Assembly (NCBI RefSeq): GCF_006345805.1
Contig: NC_043002.1
Span: 31,744,001-31,808,000 of the forward strand
From: Octopus sinensis
Taxonomy: Eukaryota
Direction of reading: 5' to 3'
DNA length: 64,000 nucleotides
Below, piece by piece: positions 43,312 through 55,931 of this stretch. Within the stretch, counting starts at the first letter, position 1, and each line of letters opens with the position of its first letter. The notes beneath the pieces are model-generated. The model worked only from the letters and a program-made list of their open reading frames with translations, made no database searches and was not told where the DNA came from. The translations under genes and the position numbers were made by a program.

Positions 43312-43545
43312 ATACACAGGGTTAGGCACTTAAATACATATGTCGAAACAAGGTGAACAAAATAATACTAGAATAATATGCTTTATTATAATATCTGCAA
43401 AATATTCAAAGAATTTTTATTCAGAATTTCACGTTCCTGTTCGTTGGACCGCTTCCATCACAACTGTCTGACAAATGGTAACGTGAAACTAAGTATCAGT
43501 TCTGTGAATACGTTGCAGTTTTTTATAATAAAGCATATACATATA
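43312..43545. mobile_element. Degenerate fold-back PLE terminus (same family as 60031-60265, opposite orientation)
   Basis: atgctttatt...tttcacgtt...aacgtgaaa...aataaagcat inverted arms. Confidence 0.6.
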
Positions 43546-44062
43546 AAGGCGCACACGCACACACACATATCTCCTAGCTTACTCCGGTGTCACATGTCTT
43601 TCTTGTTTGTTATTGCCCCTATGCGAGGCAATTTTATTTTAATTCTCTCGCAATGAAGGACTAGTTGACGAGTCGTGTCCTGTTTTATCCTTCGAAACAC
43701 GCTTGAGTTAGCTAGAGACAGCTGATGAACTGGGGATTTTCCCTGTGTGGTTTGTTCTGTACCTTGTTTTTCTGTTGTAAAAAATGTTTTTCCCGTTTCC
43801 GTTTCGTCTCTGTTTTTTTTTGTTGTAAAAATATGGCTTGTCCGTTTTCGTTTTTCGTTGAGTTCTACGTCTAGTTGCAGTGTCCTGTACTCACGTATAT
43901 ATATTTATATATGCATGTATATATACATGTAGATGTAGGTACGTACATATATGTTTGTATGCATGCATATATTTTATTTATTACATTATTGTCTGACAGC
44001 GCGTTCGCGTCAGGGTCGATTCGATTCGTCGTTTCGTCCCACTTCCCTTCCTCCCAGTTTTG

Positions 44063-44092
<30 letters not shown>

Positions 44093-44097
<5 letters not shown>

Positions 44098-44300
44098 ATC
44101 CAAACAAGAAAGCACAAAAAAAACACAACAACGCGAGGACGTGGAACAAATATAGTATTATTGGACGCTCAGGAAAGAAGAAAAGAAGGAGGGTTTAACG
44201 TTTGAAGCGGAGCTCTTCGTCGGAAACATAGGAGAAGGAAAGATCCCGAGAAGGGAAGACAGAGGGAAAAAATCGCCAACGGTACACATGAGGTCACATT
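44093..44300 (-). mobile_element. Solo PLE terminus in (TA)n, related to 27180-27380
   Basis: Minus strand atgtttccgacgaagagctccgcttcaaacgttaaaccctcc...cctgagcgtccaataatact...ttggattaac+(TA)n. Confidence 0.8.
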
Positions 44301-44439
44301 ATATATATATATATATATATGAATGTACTGGAATTTGCCTCTGTGCGTTAGTATTAATGTTTAAGAGACACCAGTACTATACATATTATGGTGTTCTAGT
44401 AGACCATATATATATTTCGATCCGATTTGATATATGTGA

Positions 44440-44612
44440 ACATAAATTCAGAAGTGTAATATAAAAAAATAAAGAGTGAGTTGAATACAGTAAAATCAGT
44501 TTATTTACATAACTATCGATTACTTAATCCCTACGATCGTTTCAATATCCACCTTCATTTGTTTTACATTATTTGTTCAGAAGGCAGAAATCTCTTCAGG
44601 ACCAAAATTGAC
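44440..44612 (-). mobile_element. PLE terminus with long-stem-II hammerhead
   Basis: Minus strand ggtc-CTGAAGA-gatttctgccttc...gaaggtggatatt-GAAA-C-GATC-GTA-gggatt. Confidence 0.65.
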
Positions 44613-45419
44613 ATATGTATCTTTACATCTTAATAGATTGAGTGTTCATTATAGACTAAGATAGCAGTATGCGGTTTTTTGTGTATGAGTGTGTGTGTGT
44701 GTTAGCAGTTTCACCTCTAAGCTTAATTGTTGCATGTGTCTTCTCCGTGCGTTTGCGCGCGTGTGTGTGTATGTGAGGTTGTTTGTCTTCAGAGTTCTGT
44801 TGTAAAAATAGCCAAAATTTAAAGTTTGACGATATCAGGACAGTGGCTATCTGCTGTCTTAGAGAATGTAGCACAAATACAACCATACCCCAAAGTAATT
44901 GATATTGGGTTTTAGAGTCTGGACGTTGTTTTACTCTCCACCAACTTTCCAAACTATACAATTTTAGGTACATGTTCATTCACAAATGCAGCAATCTCTG
45001 TGATGTCATAATTTGTCTCTCTTGCTACGCTTCTTAGAGTTAAATCACTAATTTAATGGTTTGTTTTTAGCAGTCCAGAGCCAGATTTTTGCCTCCCATA
45101 GCAAAAACTTGACTTTTAATTTCAATCAGTACTGACTGACTACAAATACAACAGAGTTGACCGCGACTTGCAAAAAGTGAATCATATATATAAAGCAATG
45201 TTATTCATTTCTAATGAGAAAATTCCTGTTGGCTCAAGAGAATGAATGAACTCTGTTGGGTAACGGACTGAAGTGCCCGTTATGTATCTGAGGTCAAATT
45301 ATTCATGCATCCCAACTATGAAAGAAATTTTCGCAGCCTTTCCTGTGTGAAAAGCGAATGCACACACACATAGGTTTATTTTATATAAGAAGATATATAT
45401 ATATATATATATAAATGAG

Positions 45420-45740
45420 TACCCCGTCAGTTACGACGATGAGGGTCCCAGGTAATACAATCAACGGAACAGCTTACTTGTAAAATTAACGTACAAGTGG
45501 CTGAGCACTCCACAGACACATATACCCTTAACGTAGTTCTCAGGGAGATTCATCATGACACAGAATGTGGCATGAATGGCCCTTTGAAATGTAGGTACGA
45601 CTCCTTTTTGCCAGATGAGTGAACCGGAGCAATGTGAAATAAAGTGTCTTGCTCAAAGACAAAACGCATCGCCGGGAATTGAACTCACGAACTTATAATT
45701 GTGAGACGAATGCCCTAACCACTAAGCCACGCGCCTTCAT
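45420..45740 (-). mobile_element. tRNA-derived SINE family C
   Basis: Head gaaggcgcgtggcttagtggttagg..gagttcaattccc; core ttgagcaagacactttatttcacattgctcc. Confidence 0.85.
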
Positions 45741-46663
45741 ATTATATATATATATATAAGTTCAACTAAATTTAGATTCAAATGAATATAGTACTTAAGT
45801 TAGATGCACCAGAATTCTGTATGGTGTTATCCATATAAATCCATGGGATTATTGATTATATATATATATAATATATATATCTATAATAGAGAGGGGGTGA
45901 GAGAGAGCAGGATTGAGAGAGGAAGACAGAAAGAAAGTGGTGTATGTAAGAGAGGAATGAAGAAGCAGAGAATGATATTGAAGGCGAAAAAGAAGTGAGT
46001 ATATAAAAGCTTTCCAGCAGATGTGTGTGTGTGTGTTTATGGCAGTGTGTGTACAAAATCGAATACGAGTGCAACAAAAGTATAGCGTAACTTAAAAGAG
46101 AGATTACGAAAGAGAACGGAATAAGAGAAATACCAGGCATGAGAGGATAAGAGAAGTAGCGGTAAAAGCTATAAAAATTGTAGAAGATGAGATATCAATA
46201 AATATTATTGATAGGTTGGACGAGAGATGCCAGGACATATTGTTTAGTAATAAAATTATGTTCATCAACACAATTCTGTTATCATTTTATTGACAACGTA
46301 TTTGTCATCAGTTTTCATCAGTTTCAACATATATTCATTAGATTGGATCAGATGTTTCTCACATGGCAGATATGACAATAACTATTGTTGATGGTGAGGC
46401 AGCATATATGCGTGCGTATGTATGTATGTTTGCATGTATGTATGTGCAAATGTATGCACGCTGCTATTCATGTATTTATGCACGTGTATACTGTAACGTG
46501 TATATGTATATATGTAATATATCTCTGTAATGCATATTATGTTTGCACAGAATTTATATATTTACTGAATGCCTCTAATGGTTGCAAATATCTATGCATG
46601 CATGCAAGTATATAATGCGTAGGTTTTATTACCCGAATTTTTCGCGAATGGTGGAAGGGATGT

Positions 46664-46819
46664 TTTCTTAATCCCCGACAAATGGTCTTTTATAGAAATT
46701 TAGATTAGATCACACTAGGATCTATGTATATGTTTGAATATCTATATCTACGTATACATAGATCCCAGTTGGTCTCTTCTAAATTTCTATAAAAGACCAT
46801 TTGTTGGGGATTAAGAAAT
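46664..46819. repeat. Inverted repeat with ~65-bp arms
   Basis: tttcttaatcccc.acaaatggtcttttatagaaatttaga...tctaaatttctataaaagaccatttgt.ggggattaagaaa. Confidence 0.8.
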
Positions 46820-47129
46820 ACTCCGGAGATGTTGCTAGTAATAATTACACATGCACACGTATATACATGCAATTATAAGTGCGTCAATACATACACTCAT
46901 ATGTATTCATGTATGTATGCATGTATGTATGTATGTAGGTATGTATGTATGTAGGTGTGTATTATGTAAGTACATCACTGTGTCTATCTTCAGATCAATC
47001 AAACCCATATATAGGCGCAAGTATAGATGCTAATATATGTACTGAGTCGTGCATACATACATGCATAATACAAATATGCATACACACATACGCACATATG
47101 CACACACACATGCACAAACACTCACTCAA

Positions 47130-47164
<35 letters not shown>

Positions 47165-47199
47165 TATATATATATTTGTATATATATACCTATATATAA

Positions 47200-47400
47200 T
47201 TATCGGTAAAAACGGCAAAAGAAAGAAAGAGACCTCAATATTATATGAATAGGGGAAATTTATCTGTAAAATGATATGTGACAATTATTCGGTAGCCAAG
47301 ATAAAACTCTGAGTTTCGGATGCCGAGGTGGAAATCCACCTCGTCATCCGAAACTCAGAGTTTTATCTTGGCTACCGAATAATTGTCACATATTATTTTA
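47200..47400. mobile_element. Snap-back hairpin PLE terminus in (TA)n
   Basis: 66-bp arms (47267-47332 / 47335-47400), 2 mismatches, 2-nt centre; one-sided tail 47200-47266. Confidence 0.8.
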
Positions 47401-47559
47401 GATATATATATATATATATATAATTATATATATATGTATATATATATGTTTGTGTGAGCGTGTGTGAGCGCGCGTGTGTGAGCGCGTGTGTGCATGTATG
47501 TTTGTATGTATGTGAGTATGCATGTGTGTGTGAATGCATAACTTTGCATACTTATGATC

Positions 47560-48190
47560 ATCTCTCCACTCCCTCTGATCCTTTCTCCCCTCTCTATTTA
47601 TCTCAATCTTCTCCTCTCTATATGCTTCCTCTGCCCTGCCACCTGACCGTTATCCAGTGAAGGCTTTGTCGTTCTTTTTGCCCCGCTTTTGGCCGGACTG
47701 GTGGGGTTTCTCTGTGCTCCTGCTAAAGGACATACTCCATCTTACCCGGCACTAGCCCACATCGTTCGTTTGATAGCTGCAAAACTCTTTCTGTTGTATT
47801 TGTGGTACTTGTTTAATTGTTATGAATATTGTTTTTCTTTTGCTGTCTATAGCTCTAAGGCTTCCCGCTGTTATATATGCATAATTCTTTGTCTGTTGTA
47901 TTTATATAATGTTTTGTTTGTTTCTTTCTCGGTATACATTCGTCAGCTTTTTCCCAGGAGTGGTACCTCCAAGATTGAGTAGTCTCAATTATTATGGTAC
48001 GAAACCACGACGATATTTTGGTCATTGACTGACAACAAAAACAGCTACGAATATTCCGTGTCTTTGTCTATATTCCCCGCCCATTAAGTTTTTGTCTTGT
48101 TTCCTGTTTGTTCTGCTTCGTCAAATTTTTCTCCTTGTGTTCTGTCCATTAAATCATTGATACAACCATATATAGATTTCATTGATTTGA
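47560..48190 (+). mobile_element. Possible degenerate PLE pseudo-LTR
   Basis: Pyrimidine-rich body; gtacc..attgag-tagt-ctcaat..ggtac-GAAAC resembles hammerhead stem II plus GAAA. Confidence 0.35.
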
Positions 48191-48465
48191 GAACACAAAC
48201 ACACACACAAATGGATTTACATACATATATACATACATACACATATACATACATACACACATACATACATACATACATACATATATATGTACAGAATACA
48301 TGTGTGTGTGTATTCATGTACTTCTATTTGCATGTATATACGTATGTGCACTTAATTCCAACAATATCTCCGGGATGTTTCTCATAATTTCACAGTATAC
48401 TTCATGATTTGTAACTGTATGTATTTCGATATATCAGTATTCATATATCTATGTAGATACGTATA

Positions 48466-48539
<74 letters not shown>

Positions 48540-49126
48540 TCTTTAATGACCTCGTTAGATTAGAAATGCCTTTTAATATATATACATGCGTGTGTCTGTG
48601 TGTCTGTATATACATATGTATGCATATATATACATACTTACAAACATATATACGCGCACGTGCACGCATGTGTGTGTGTGGTGTGTGTGTGTGTGTGTGT
48701 GTGTGCGTGTGCTTCATGTTAAATATGTCGAAGCTCCTGAATCCTTTGTACTGCGTGCAAGAACCCAGGAGCGATATTCCCTATCTGCATCATTTTCCAC
48801 CTGTCTTATTCTTGAAGCGAAGCATTCGCCGACCGCCTAGAAAGGACGAGAATTCAGTTTCAAGCTTTGATTATATAGAAATATTATCGATAATGTACAA
48901 CAATTTGATGGATAACCTATCGCCACTGGAGCCACTCTGTGAATGCGTCTTATTTTCGTATGAAAATCAACTCAGCCGAGAAAGAGTTTGTACCCTTTGT
49001 AGTGAAATTTAAGTTTCTTGCGGGTTTGACTTTTGACCCTATCGAAACATATTTGAAGACAAATACTGAATTTGATCTAAAAAACATCCTTTTCTCTCTA
49101 ATATTGCTTAGTATATTAAAGACGTG

Positions 49127-49437
49127 GTGGGGGTGCAATGGCCCAGCGGTTAGAGCAGCGGACTCGTGGTCGGAGGATCGCGGTTTCGATTTCCAGACCG
49201 AGTGTTGTGTGTGTTTATTGAGCGAAAACACCTAAAAGTTCCACCAGTCTCCCGCAGGGTGTGGTCGCGACCTCTGTTGTACTCTTTCGCCACAACTTTC
49301 TCTCACACTCTCTTCATGCTTCTTGAGTAACGCTGCGATGGACTGGCGTCCCGTCCATCTGGGGGGAACACATACACCACAGAAACCGGGAAACCGGGCC
49401 CAGGAGCATGGCTAGGCGTGAAAAGGTCGAGAATAGA
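49127..49437 (+). mobile_element. tRNA-derived SINE family D with 14-bp TSD
   Basis: A-box tggcccagcggttagagc, B-box ggtttcgatttcc; TSD ATATTAAAGACGTG at 49113-49126 and 49438-49451. Confidence 0.9.
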
Positions 49438-49739
49438 ATATTAAAGACGTGAGATGGTAAATAAATCCCAGCGTTACTTATTCATTTACTCTATTCCTCT
49501 TGAATATATTACTTTGATCACTTATAGCACAACTAACAATATATTATCTTTAAATTAGGAAGAACCAGCGAATTATAACTTAGAGGTAATAACTTAAGGA
49601 AAACTGCATAGAAGAGCAAAATTCTCTACAAAATTTTCGAGGAGCCGTAGGGAGAGGGGAGAGGAAAAGGAAATGAATCATATATAAACATAGCAATAAT
49701 GACAGTGCCAGTGATCATAAACTATTAGTATTTAAATAG

Positions 49740-50345
49740 AAACAGAATAGCATAAATCTAATATTGAAGGTGGTCAACATATATATAGATAACAATATAA
49801 CATTAGAATAAGTAATTAAATATATATACTAGACTAATGAAAGTAGTTTAGGAAATTATCAATGTCAACATATTTATAAATCTATACAGTTATGCTAGTA
49901 AAATATCGAAATTTTAAAGATAACTATATAGCTACAACGAAGTTACTAGCTGAAAGACCAGAAATAATAGAAATGGAATAAGGAACCGATATTACCAATA
50001 AGAGAAACCGATATACCATGAATACCAACGACTCTGTTGAACTAAAATTGTCACATAATTACTGAGAATAATGTAAATCAACTAAGATCATATGGGTTGA
50101 AGAGGTAGGATAAATCACTACTATAATTTAATATTGTGGGACATTTTAAAGAAATTGTTTTATAGAATTTCTAAGAATTAAAACGAATTATAAACACCAT
50201 TAATGACAAGAAATATAAGAAAAAATTTGTAGAGAATTATGAATGCTATAATTAGGGAGGATGGCGTAAATAATATAAAGATATCACCTAAGGCAAAAAG
50301 CACAGTGAATAATGTAATTACATGAAAATTATATAAAATATAATT
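49740..50345 (+). mobile_element. Possible highly decayed PLE RT/thumb remnant
   Basis: Weak residues KVVN-YID, FRK and NNVIY in the expected order; many stops. Confidence 0.3.
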
Positions 50346-50368
50346 TATATAAAATTAGTCATCGATAT

Positions 50369-50407
50369 GGAGTGTAGGAGTGGCTGTGTGGTAAGTAGCT
50401 TGTTTAC
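50369..50407 (+). mobile_element. 5' head of a SINE family A copy, split by an insertion
   Basis: ggagtgtaggagtggctgtgtggtaagtagcttgtttac; SINE resumes at 52462. Confidence 0.85.
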
Positions 50408-52461
50408 CCAGAATGCAACACTAGTTGGTCTGGACTGTTACAGTGAGCAGATGTGAGTTTCGGCTCCGCGAATAGAAAAAAAAGAGCAAAAAGAAATATT
50501 GTCAATTATGGCTCGCTATAGTGAGCAAAATACTGGGTTCTCATCACCGTAACGGTGAGTTGAGAATTTTTTTGAAAATTCTTCTTGTGAATTCTAGTGG
50601 ACGTATCTCGCCAGAAAAATAAGAAGAAGCCATTTGGATTACCTTTTTGGAGTATTATACAAAGAATTCCTGTCTGTGCTATTTGTGAGGTGTTTCTTTT
50701 ACTTTTCCCTTCTTCTATTTTTTCTTTCTTTCTAAATTTTGGTTCATTCTTTTCAGTACTTTAATTTCAGTTTCCTGCCCTCCTCTTTTATTTTGTTTTA
50801 TTTTTATTCGGTTTAATTTTTTGGCAGACTGTCTTTTGAACTACTTTGGAACTGTTTTTTGACATGGCAGAGAAGGAACTTAAAAAGAAAAACTCTGTCT
50901 TAGAGTGGGTAATTAACCCGCCTAAGCAATGGTTAAAAGATATGGGGGAGAAGACGGTGGTACTTAGAACGTATTCTAAATTTCTTAATTCCATCACCGT
51001 CTTCCCAAAACAAGTCATAAAAAATGAACTTAAAGAACATTTGTCCTCTGTAAAATATATATCCCGTGGTGTCAAACATGCAACCGTATGGTTGCTGTTT
51101 GACAATGGGGAAAAGGCTCGCCAGTTTGCGAGTCAGCCTTTAGAAGGCAAGGAAATTCTATTTCTCCCGTCATATTGTGGAAGAAAATTAATACGAGCCT
51201 TGGTATGTGGGCTCCCCCCGAGCACCGAAGCGGATTGGATTGAAGATACCATACAACGGGGACTGGGGGATGGCGGACCCAGGCTCTTAAATGTAAGAGT
51301 ATTGCTGGCGGTCGATTGGGAAGGGTCAAAAGCGATTTTGACCCTGTGGACCCCATCGGCCGCAACAGAACTGGTTTTTCCAGACTTCTTGAAAATGGCT
51401 GGCTGCAGGTATACGGTGATACTTGAGGTACGTCCCCCAAATGTCACTCGTGCCTGCAGCCAGGCCACATTAAAAGGAACTGCCCCCAGGACCATGTTAA
51501 GGTCCTGGAACAGTCACTAGATGCCACCTTCCCTACCCGGTCGAAGGGAGAGGTGGATGTGGTCGAGGAGGCTTCAGCCGCCTCAACTCAAAAAGGATTA
51601 AAAAGGAAGAAGGCGAGCAACAATAGTTGCCCGCCGAAGGAAGCTAAGGCTTCGGAAGGCGGGGGAGAGTCTTCGGACAAAGCGGAAGAGCTCCACTCTC
51701 CCGAAGCCAGGAAGAAAAGAAAAAGAAGAAGGAAGAAGAACGGGTCATCTCAGCGGGGAGATGATGTGTCGACTGCACGTCCCGAAGTTGTGCCACCCAC
51801 GGTGGAAGAAACCACCCCCACCCTTAAAGATGATCAATTAATTATCTTTTTCTACAAGGGCAGGGAGGTGGAAAAAATAGTAGAAGAACACAAAGAAACA
51901 GTAGATATGCCCTTCACACGGGATCCCGAATGGCCTCCGCAGATAGCTGTGGAGGTCATAAAGTTTCCCTTGTGGGAAAGGCTTAAAGGATTTGGGGAGG
52001 AGTGTCGCATATAGCCGGGTGGCCCTTACACGATTTACATGTCCTGCATGAGTGAGGCATGGGAAATGGCGGGATACAGGAACTCAAGCGGCATTGAAGA
52101 TAATGATGAATATATCGATGGATATATCGAAGAGTAGGAGGTGAAAGACCCTCGTTACAGGGTTTGAGACCTCATCTTATTGGATTATTTTGTAGTGGTT
52201 TATAACCTCAATTTTGTGCTTTAAGAAAGAAAAAAAAAGAAAACATGTTAAGTAAGAGGTTTTAGTGCCTTCTCCGTGTAAGAGGTTCGAAACCTCATAT
52301 TGATTTAAAAAAAAAAAGAAAATATGTTTTCGAGAAAAATCCAATCGGCGGGTGTTGGGTTTCGTCTCTCATTTATTCATTATATTTCATTTTCATTCAT
52401 TAATGTATTTGTCCAGCCCGCAAAGCTCTTTGTACTATCTATATGACAAATTTATGAAATA
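50408..52461 (+). mobile_element. ORF1-only non-autonomous L1/Tx1-like retroelement
   Basis: 15-bp TSD AAGTAGCTTG(T/C)TTAC at 50393-50407 and 52462-52476; 5' UTR, single gag-like ORF, 3' UTR ending in AATAAA. Confidence 0.8.
50864..52137 (+). pseudogene. L1/Tx1-type ORF1 (gag-like, CCHC zinc knuckle), ~420 aa when reconstructed
   Basis: ORFs 50846-51520 and 51553-52014 join through a 1-nt shift at ~51434-51441, giving RPP-KCHSCLQPGHIKRNCP (CX2CX4HX4C, 51442-51483); basic KKRKRRRKK; the frame stays open 40 codons past TAG 52012-52014. Confidence 0.8.
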
Positions 52462-52614
52462 AAGTAGCTTGCTTACGAACCACATGGTTCCGGGTTCAGT
52501 CTCACTGCGTGGCAACTTGGGCAAGTGTCTTCTACTATAACCTCGGGCCGACCAAAGCCTTGTGAGTGGATTTGGTTGGCGGAAACTGAAAGAAGCCCGT
52601 CGTATATATGTATA

Positions 52615-52654
<40 letters not shown>

Positions 52655-52863
52655 TGTGTCTGCGTTTGTCCCTCAACATCGCTTGACAACCGATGCTGTT
52701 GTGTTTACGTCCCCGTAACTTAGCGCTTCGGCAAAAGGGACTGATAGAATAAGTACTAGGCTTACAAAGAATAAGTCCTGGTGTTGATTTGCTCGACTAA
52801 AGACAGTGCTCCAGCATGGCCACAGTGAAATGACTGAAACAAGTGAAAGAGAGAAAAGAGTAA
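52462..52863 (+). mobile_element. Remainder of the split SINE family A copy
   Basis: aagtagcttgcttacgaaccacatggttccgggttcagtc... through gaaacaagtgaaagagagaaaagagtaa. Confidence 0.9.
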
Positions 52864-53109
52864 AGCGATATCTGATAATAAAGCTAAGAGTAGGCAAAGT
52901 TAACTTAAATATGGTAAGTTATACGTATCTAAAGTTTTAAGATACGCTAGGCTTCCTCAATATAATCTATAAATTTAATTATTAGTAATTACAGTGTATA
53001 TTGTAGGGTCATGGACGACCAGATATTGATTGATTTTCGTTGCCTGTGTGAATGACCTTCAAGTATTTTCTCTGCCTGTGTGAATGACCTTCAAGTATTT
53101 TGGCTTCTC

Positions 53110-53310
53110 TGGAAGACCCTTTTTAAAGTAGAAGAAATAGCTAAGATTTTTGGCTGCTATTTCTAAACTTCGGTGTGTGGTGAAGCAAATATTTGCTGAA
53201 CCCTTTTATTAGCATTACTTAAGTTTGCCGTGAAACGGTCCCTTTTTCATACCGAATTCTACTTGGTGAAATTATTGATTACTTCTTAGTTAATTAATTT
53301 TACCCTTTGT

Positions 53311-53315
<5 letters not shown>
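53110..53315 (+). mobile_element. PLE terminus homologous to 33231-33435 (reverse complement), ending in (TA)n
   Basis: agtagaagaaatagcta..gctgctatttctaaa..ggtgtgtggt..ttaattaatttt.accct. Confidence 0.7.
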
Positions 53316-53355
<40 letters not shown>

Positions 53356-54754
53356 ATATCATAAATGTATACTATAAATATCACATGACCGAAGATAATA
53401 GTCCGATCAAACATCTGATTTATATGTAACAGACCTTTCCTTTAAAATTTTAACTCTGATGAGAGAAATCACGTAAAAAGAAGATAGATTTAAAAAAGCA
53501 AAGGAAGAGAAAAAGAAAAAGAAAAGGAAGAGAAAGAAATTAGAATTGTCCCATTTAGCTGTAAAGACATAATTAAGCTAGTTCTTGTAGAATAATTCAT
53601 TAGAGAGAGGCCCAAAGACTGCCACTCCGCACAGGGTTATGACCTCCAGTTCGCCAAAAAAAAAACAATTGTCCATGTTTGCAATTGCTGAAAATTTCGT
53701 GTCTAAAATTTAGTAGGGCTGTGGAATTCTTTCATCTATCTATCTATCTATCTATCTATCTATTTCTCCCTCTGTCCCCCCCTCTCTCTCTCACTCTGTT
53801 TATATATATATATATATAAATATGAGTTTGTTTGTGCGCATGGGTGTGTGGATGTGTGTGTCTCTCGGTCTCTCTCTACCTGTCTCCCTTCTAATTAGAT
53901 ATTGTTATTTCACTTTCTTTTTCACACTCACATCTATTTTACATCATCCTAACCGCCTTCTAATCTTTAACATTCGTCGGATGGACGGATAGATGGATGG
54001 ACAGACACACGGATGGATGGGTAGAGGGATGGACAGTTGAATGGGTGGATGGATAGATGGGAAGAAAAATTGGATGAAAGGGGTGATGATTGTTGAAAAC
54101 CTATATCTCAAATAGAATTTACGCGTGTCGTCTCGTCTCTAACCTGGCACCTAATACACCGAACAAGAATGTAAGTACATCGTTATATCCAGTTTTGTTT
54201 ATATCATGATAGTTCAATGTTGTCAGATAATCCTTGTGATGGAACCGATAGTTAATGGAAAAGAGGATGCAATACTTCATAAAATGATCATATGAATGAA
54301 GTTAAAAGATGTTGGAGATAAGTGGAGAGTGAGACTCAAGACTTGGGATTGTGAAGGAAAATCCTCGATAGTCTGCAATACATGAAACAGTTGAGCCGAG
54401 CATAAACAGTTGATGCCGATGATAACTTCGTTGAATTTCAACGATTTAGTCACTCTTGCAATTTTATCCTATCGTAACGCAATATAAAGCACTACTCGAG
54501 CAGAATTGTTAAAACATCGGATTGTAGCGTAGCCAATCGTTCCTGGCTTTTCATGTTCCTATAACTTACATTCTGAGATTGAATCGTGACAAGGTAATTG
54601 TTATCTACCATCCCACCCGCTTCGATAAAATGAAATACCAATCAAGTTGTCTAGCGGTCTTAGAGAATAAGCATAGACGCAAAGATACACACATATACAC
54701 ATACACACGTGTGAGTATGTATATATATATGCCAGTTTTTTTGTTATCGAGTAT

Positions 54755-54860
54755 GAAATGCAAGCACAAAGCTTTGCCCTACCCAAGGTGCTATGTACTG
54801 GGACAGAACCCGAAACCACCATGTGGTTAGGAAGCGAATATCTTGCCACATGGCCTACAA
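54755..54860 (-). mobile_element. SINE family A head fragment
   Basis: cccaaggtgctatgtactgggacagaacccgaaaccaccatgtggttaggaagc. Confidence 0.65.
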
Positions 54861-55360
54861 CATCAAACAAACGTGGGTATTACAGTATATCCCTCATGTG
54901 CGTGCTTCAAATTAGTATCGTGGCTAGTCCAACATATTAAAATTACTAAGTACGTTATTTCTTTCGTAATATCGACATACTGAGGGAAAAAACAGCGCTG
55001 ATAAAACAATCGAAACACAAAATATATGAAACAGAACAAAAGAAAGAGATTTCAACCCGAACATTAATTATATAGATACTTATAACCATCGACAATATTA
55101 CAGAGTAACACTTACCAAACCACGAAACAAAGAATCCAATATGACTTCAATAGAAAACAAAATATATCTATTTTATCTTTTCACATTTTATTGCAATTTC
55201 CTTTGAAGCTTATCAGTTTTGTCTTCTTTGCGTATTGGCACTTCCTCTGATATTTCTATCAACGTGTCTCTGCGACAGTCAACCCCTTTCGACTGCAGTA
55301 ACTTTGACTATCAAACGGATTGTTAATATGTAATATATACACAAATACATACGTACATAA

Positions 55361-55402
<42 letters not shown>

Positions 55403-55448
55403 CTATCTATCCATCAATCTATCTATCGATATATATGCATATATATAA

Positions 55449-55491
<43 letters not shown>

Positions 55492-55878
55492 GTATGTGTG
55501 TGTTTGTGTTTGTGTATGCTTTTGTGTATAGCCTTGAAATCACACGCATATTGAAGCACTCACACATACAGACACACACACACACATATATATGTATATA
55601 TATATATATACATATACACACACAAGTACGCACACACACAGTATATTTTTGTATGCGTGTGTATATGTGTGTACGTGCGTATGTGTGTATATGTTTGTGT
55701 AATCCGCCACTTGTATAGACACACATATACACCTTAATAATCTGTGTTGTTTTTGATTACAACATCGATGATATAGAGTTCCGTTTATATCGTACTTGGC
55801 TTTGTTCCTCCCGGGTTTACTTCTAAAGCGGGTTATCATTATTAATATTATAATTACTATTGTTGTTGGTATCATCAC

Positions 55879-55931
<53 letters not shown>

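Noticed and set aside
51434-51441. Programmed -1 ribosomal frameshift in ORF1
   Set aside because: The knuckle is integral to ORF1 and the copy has another lesion; a 1-nt homopolymer deletion or sequencing error is simpler.
53041-53101. CRISPR-like or regulatory repeat
   Set aside because: Only a two-unit ~32-bp tandem duplication in eukaryotic DNA; no spacers or cas genes.
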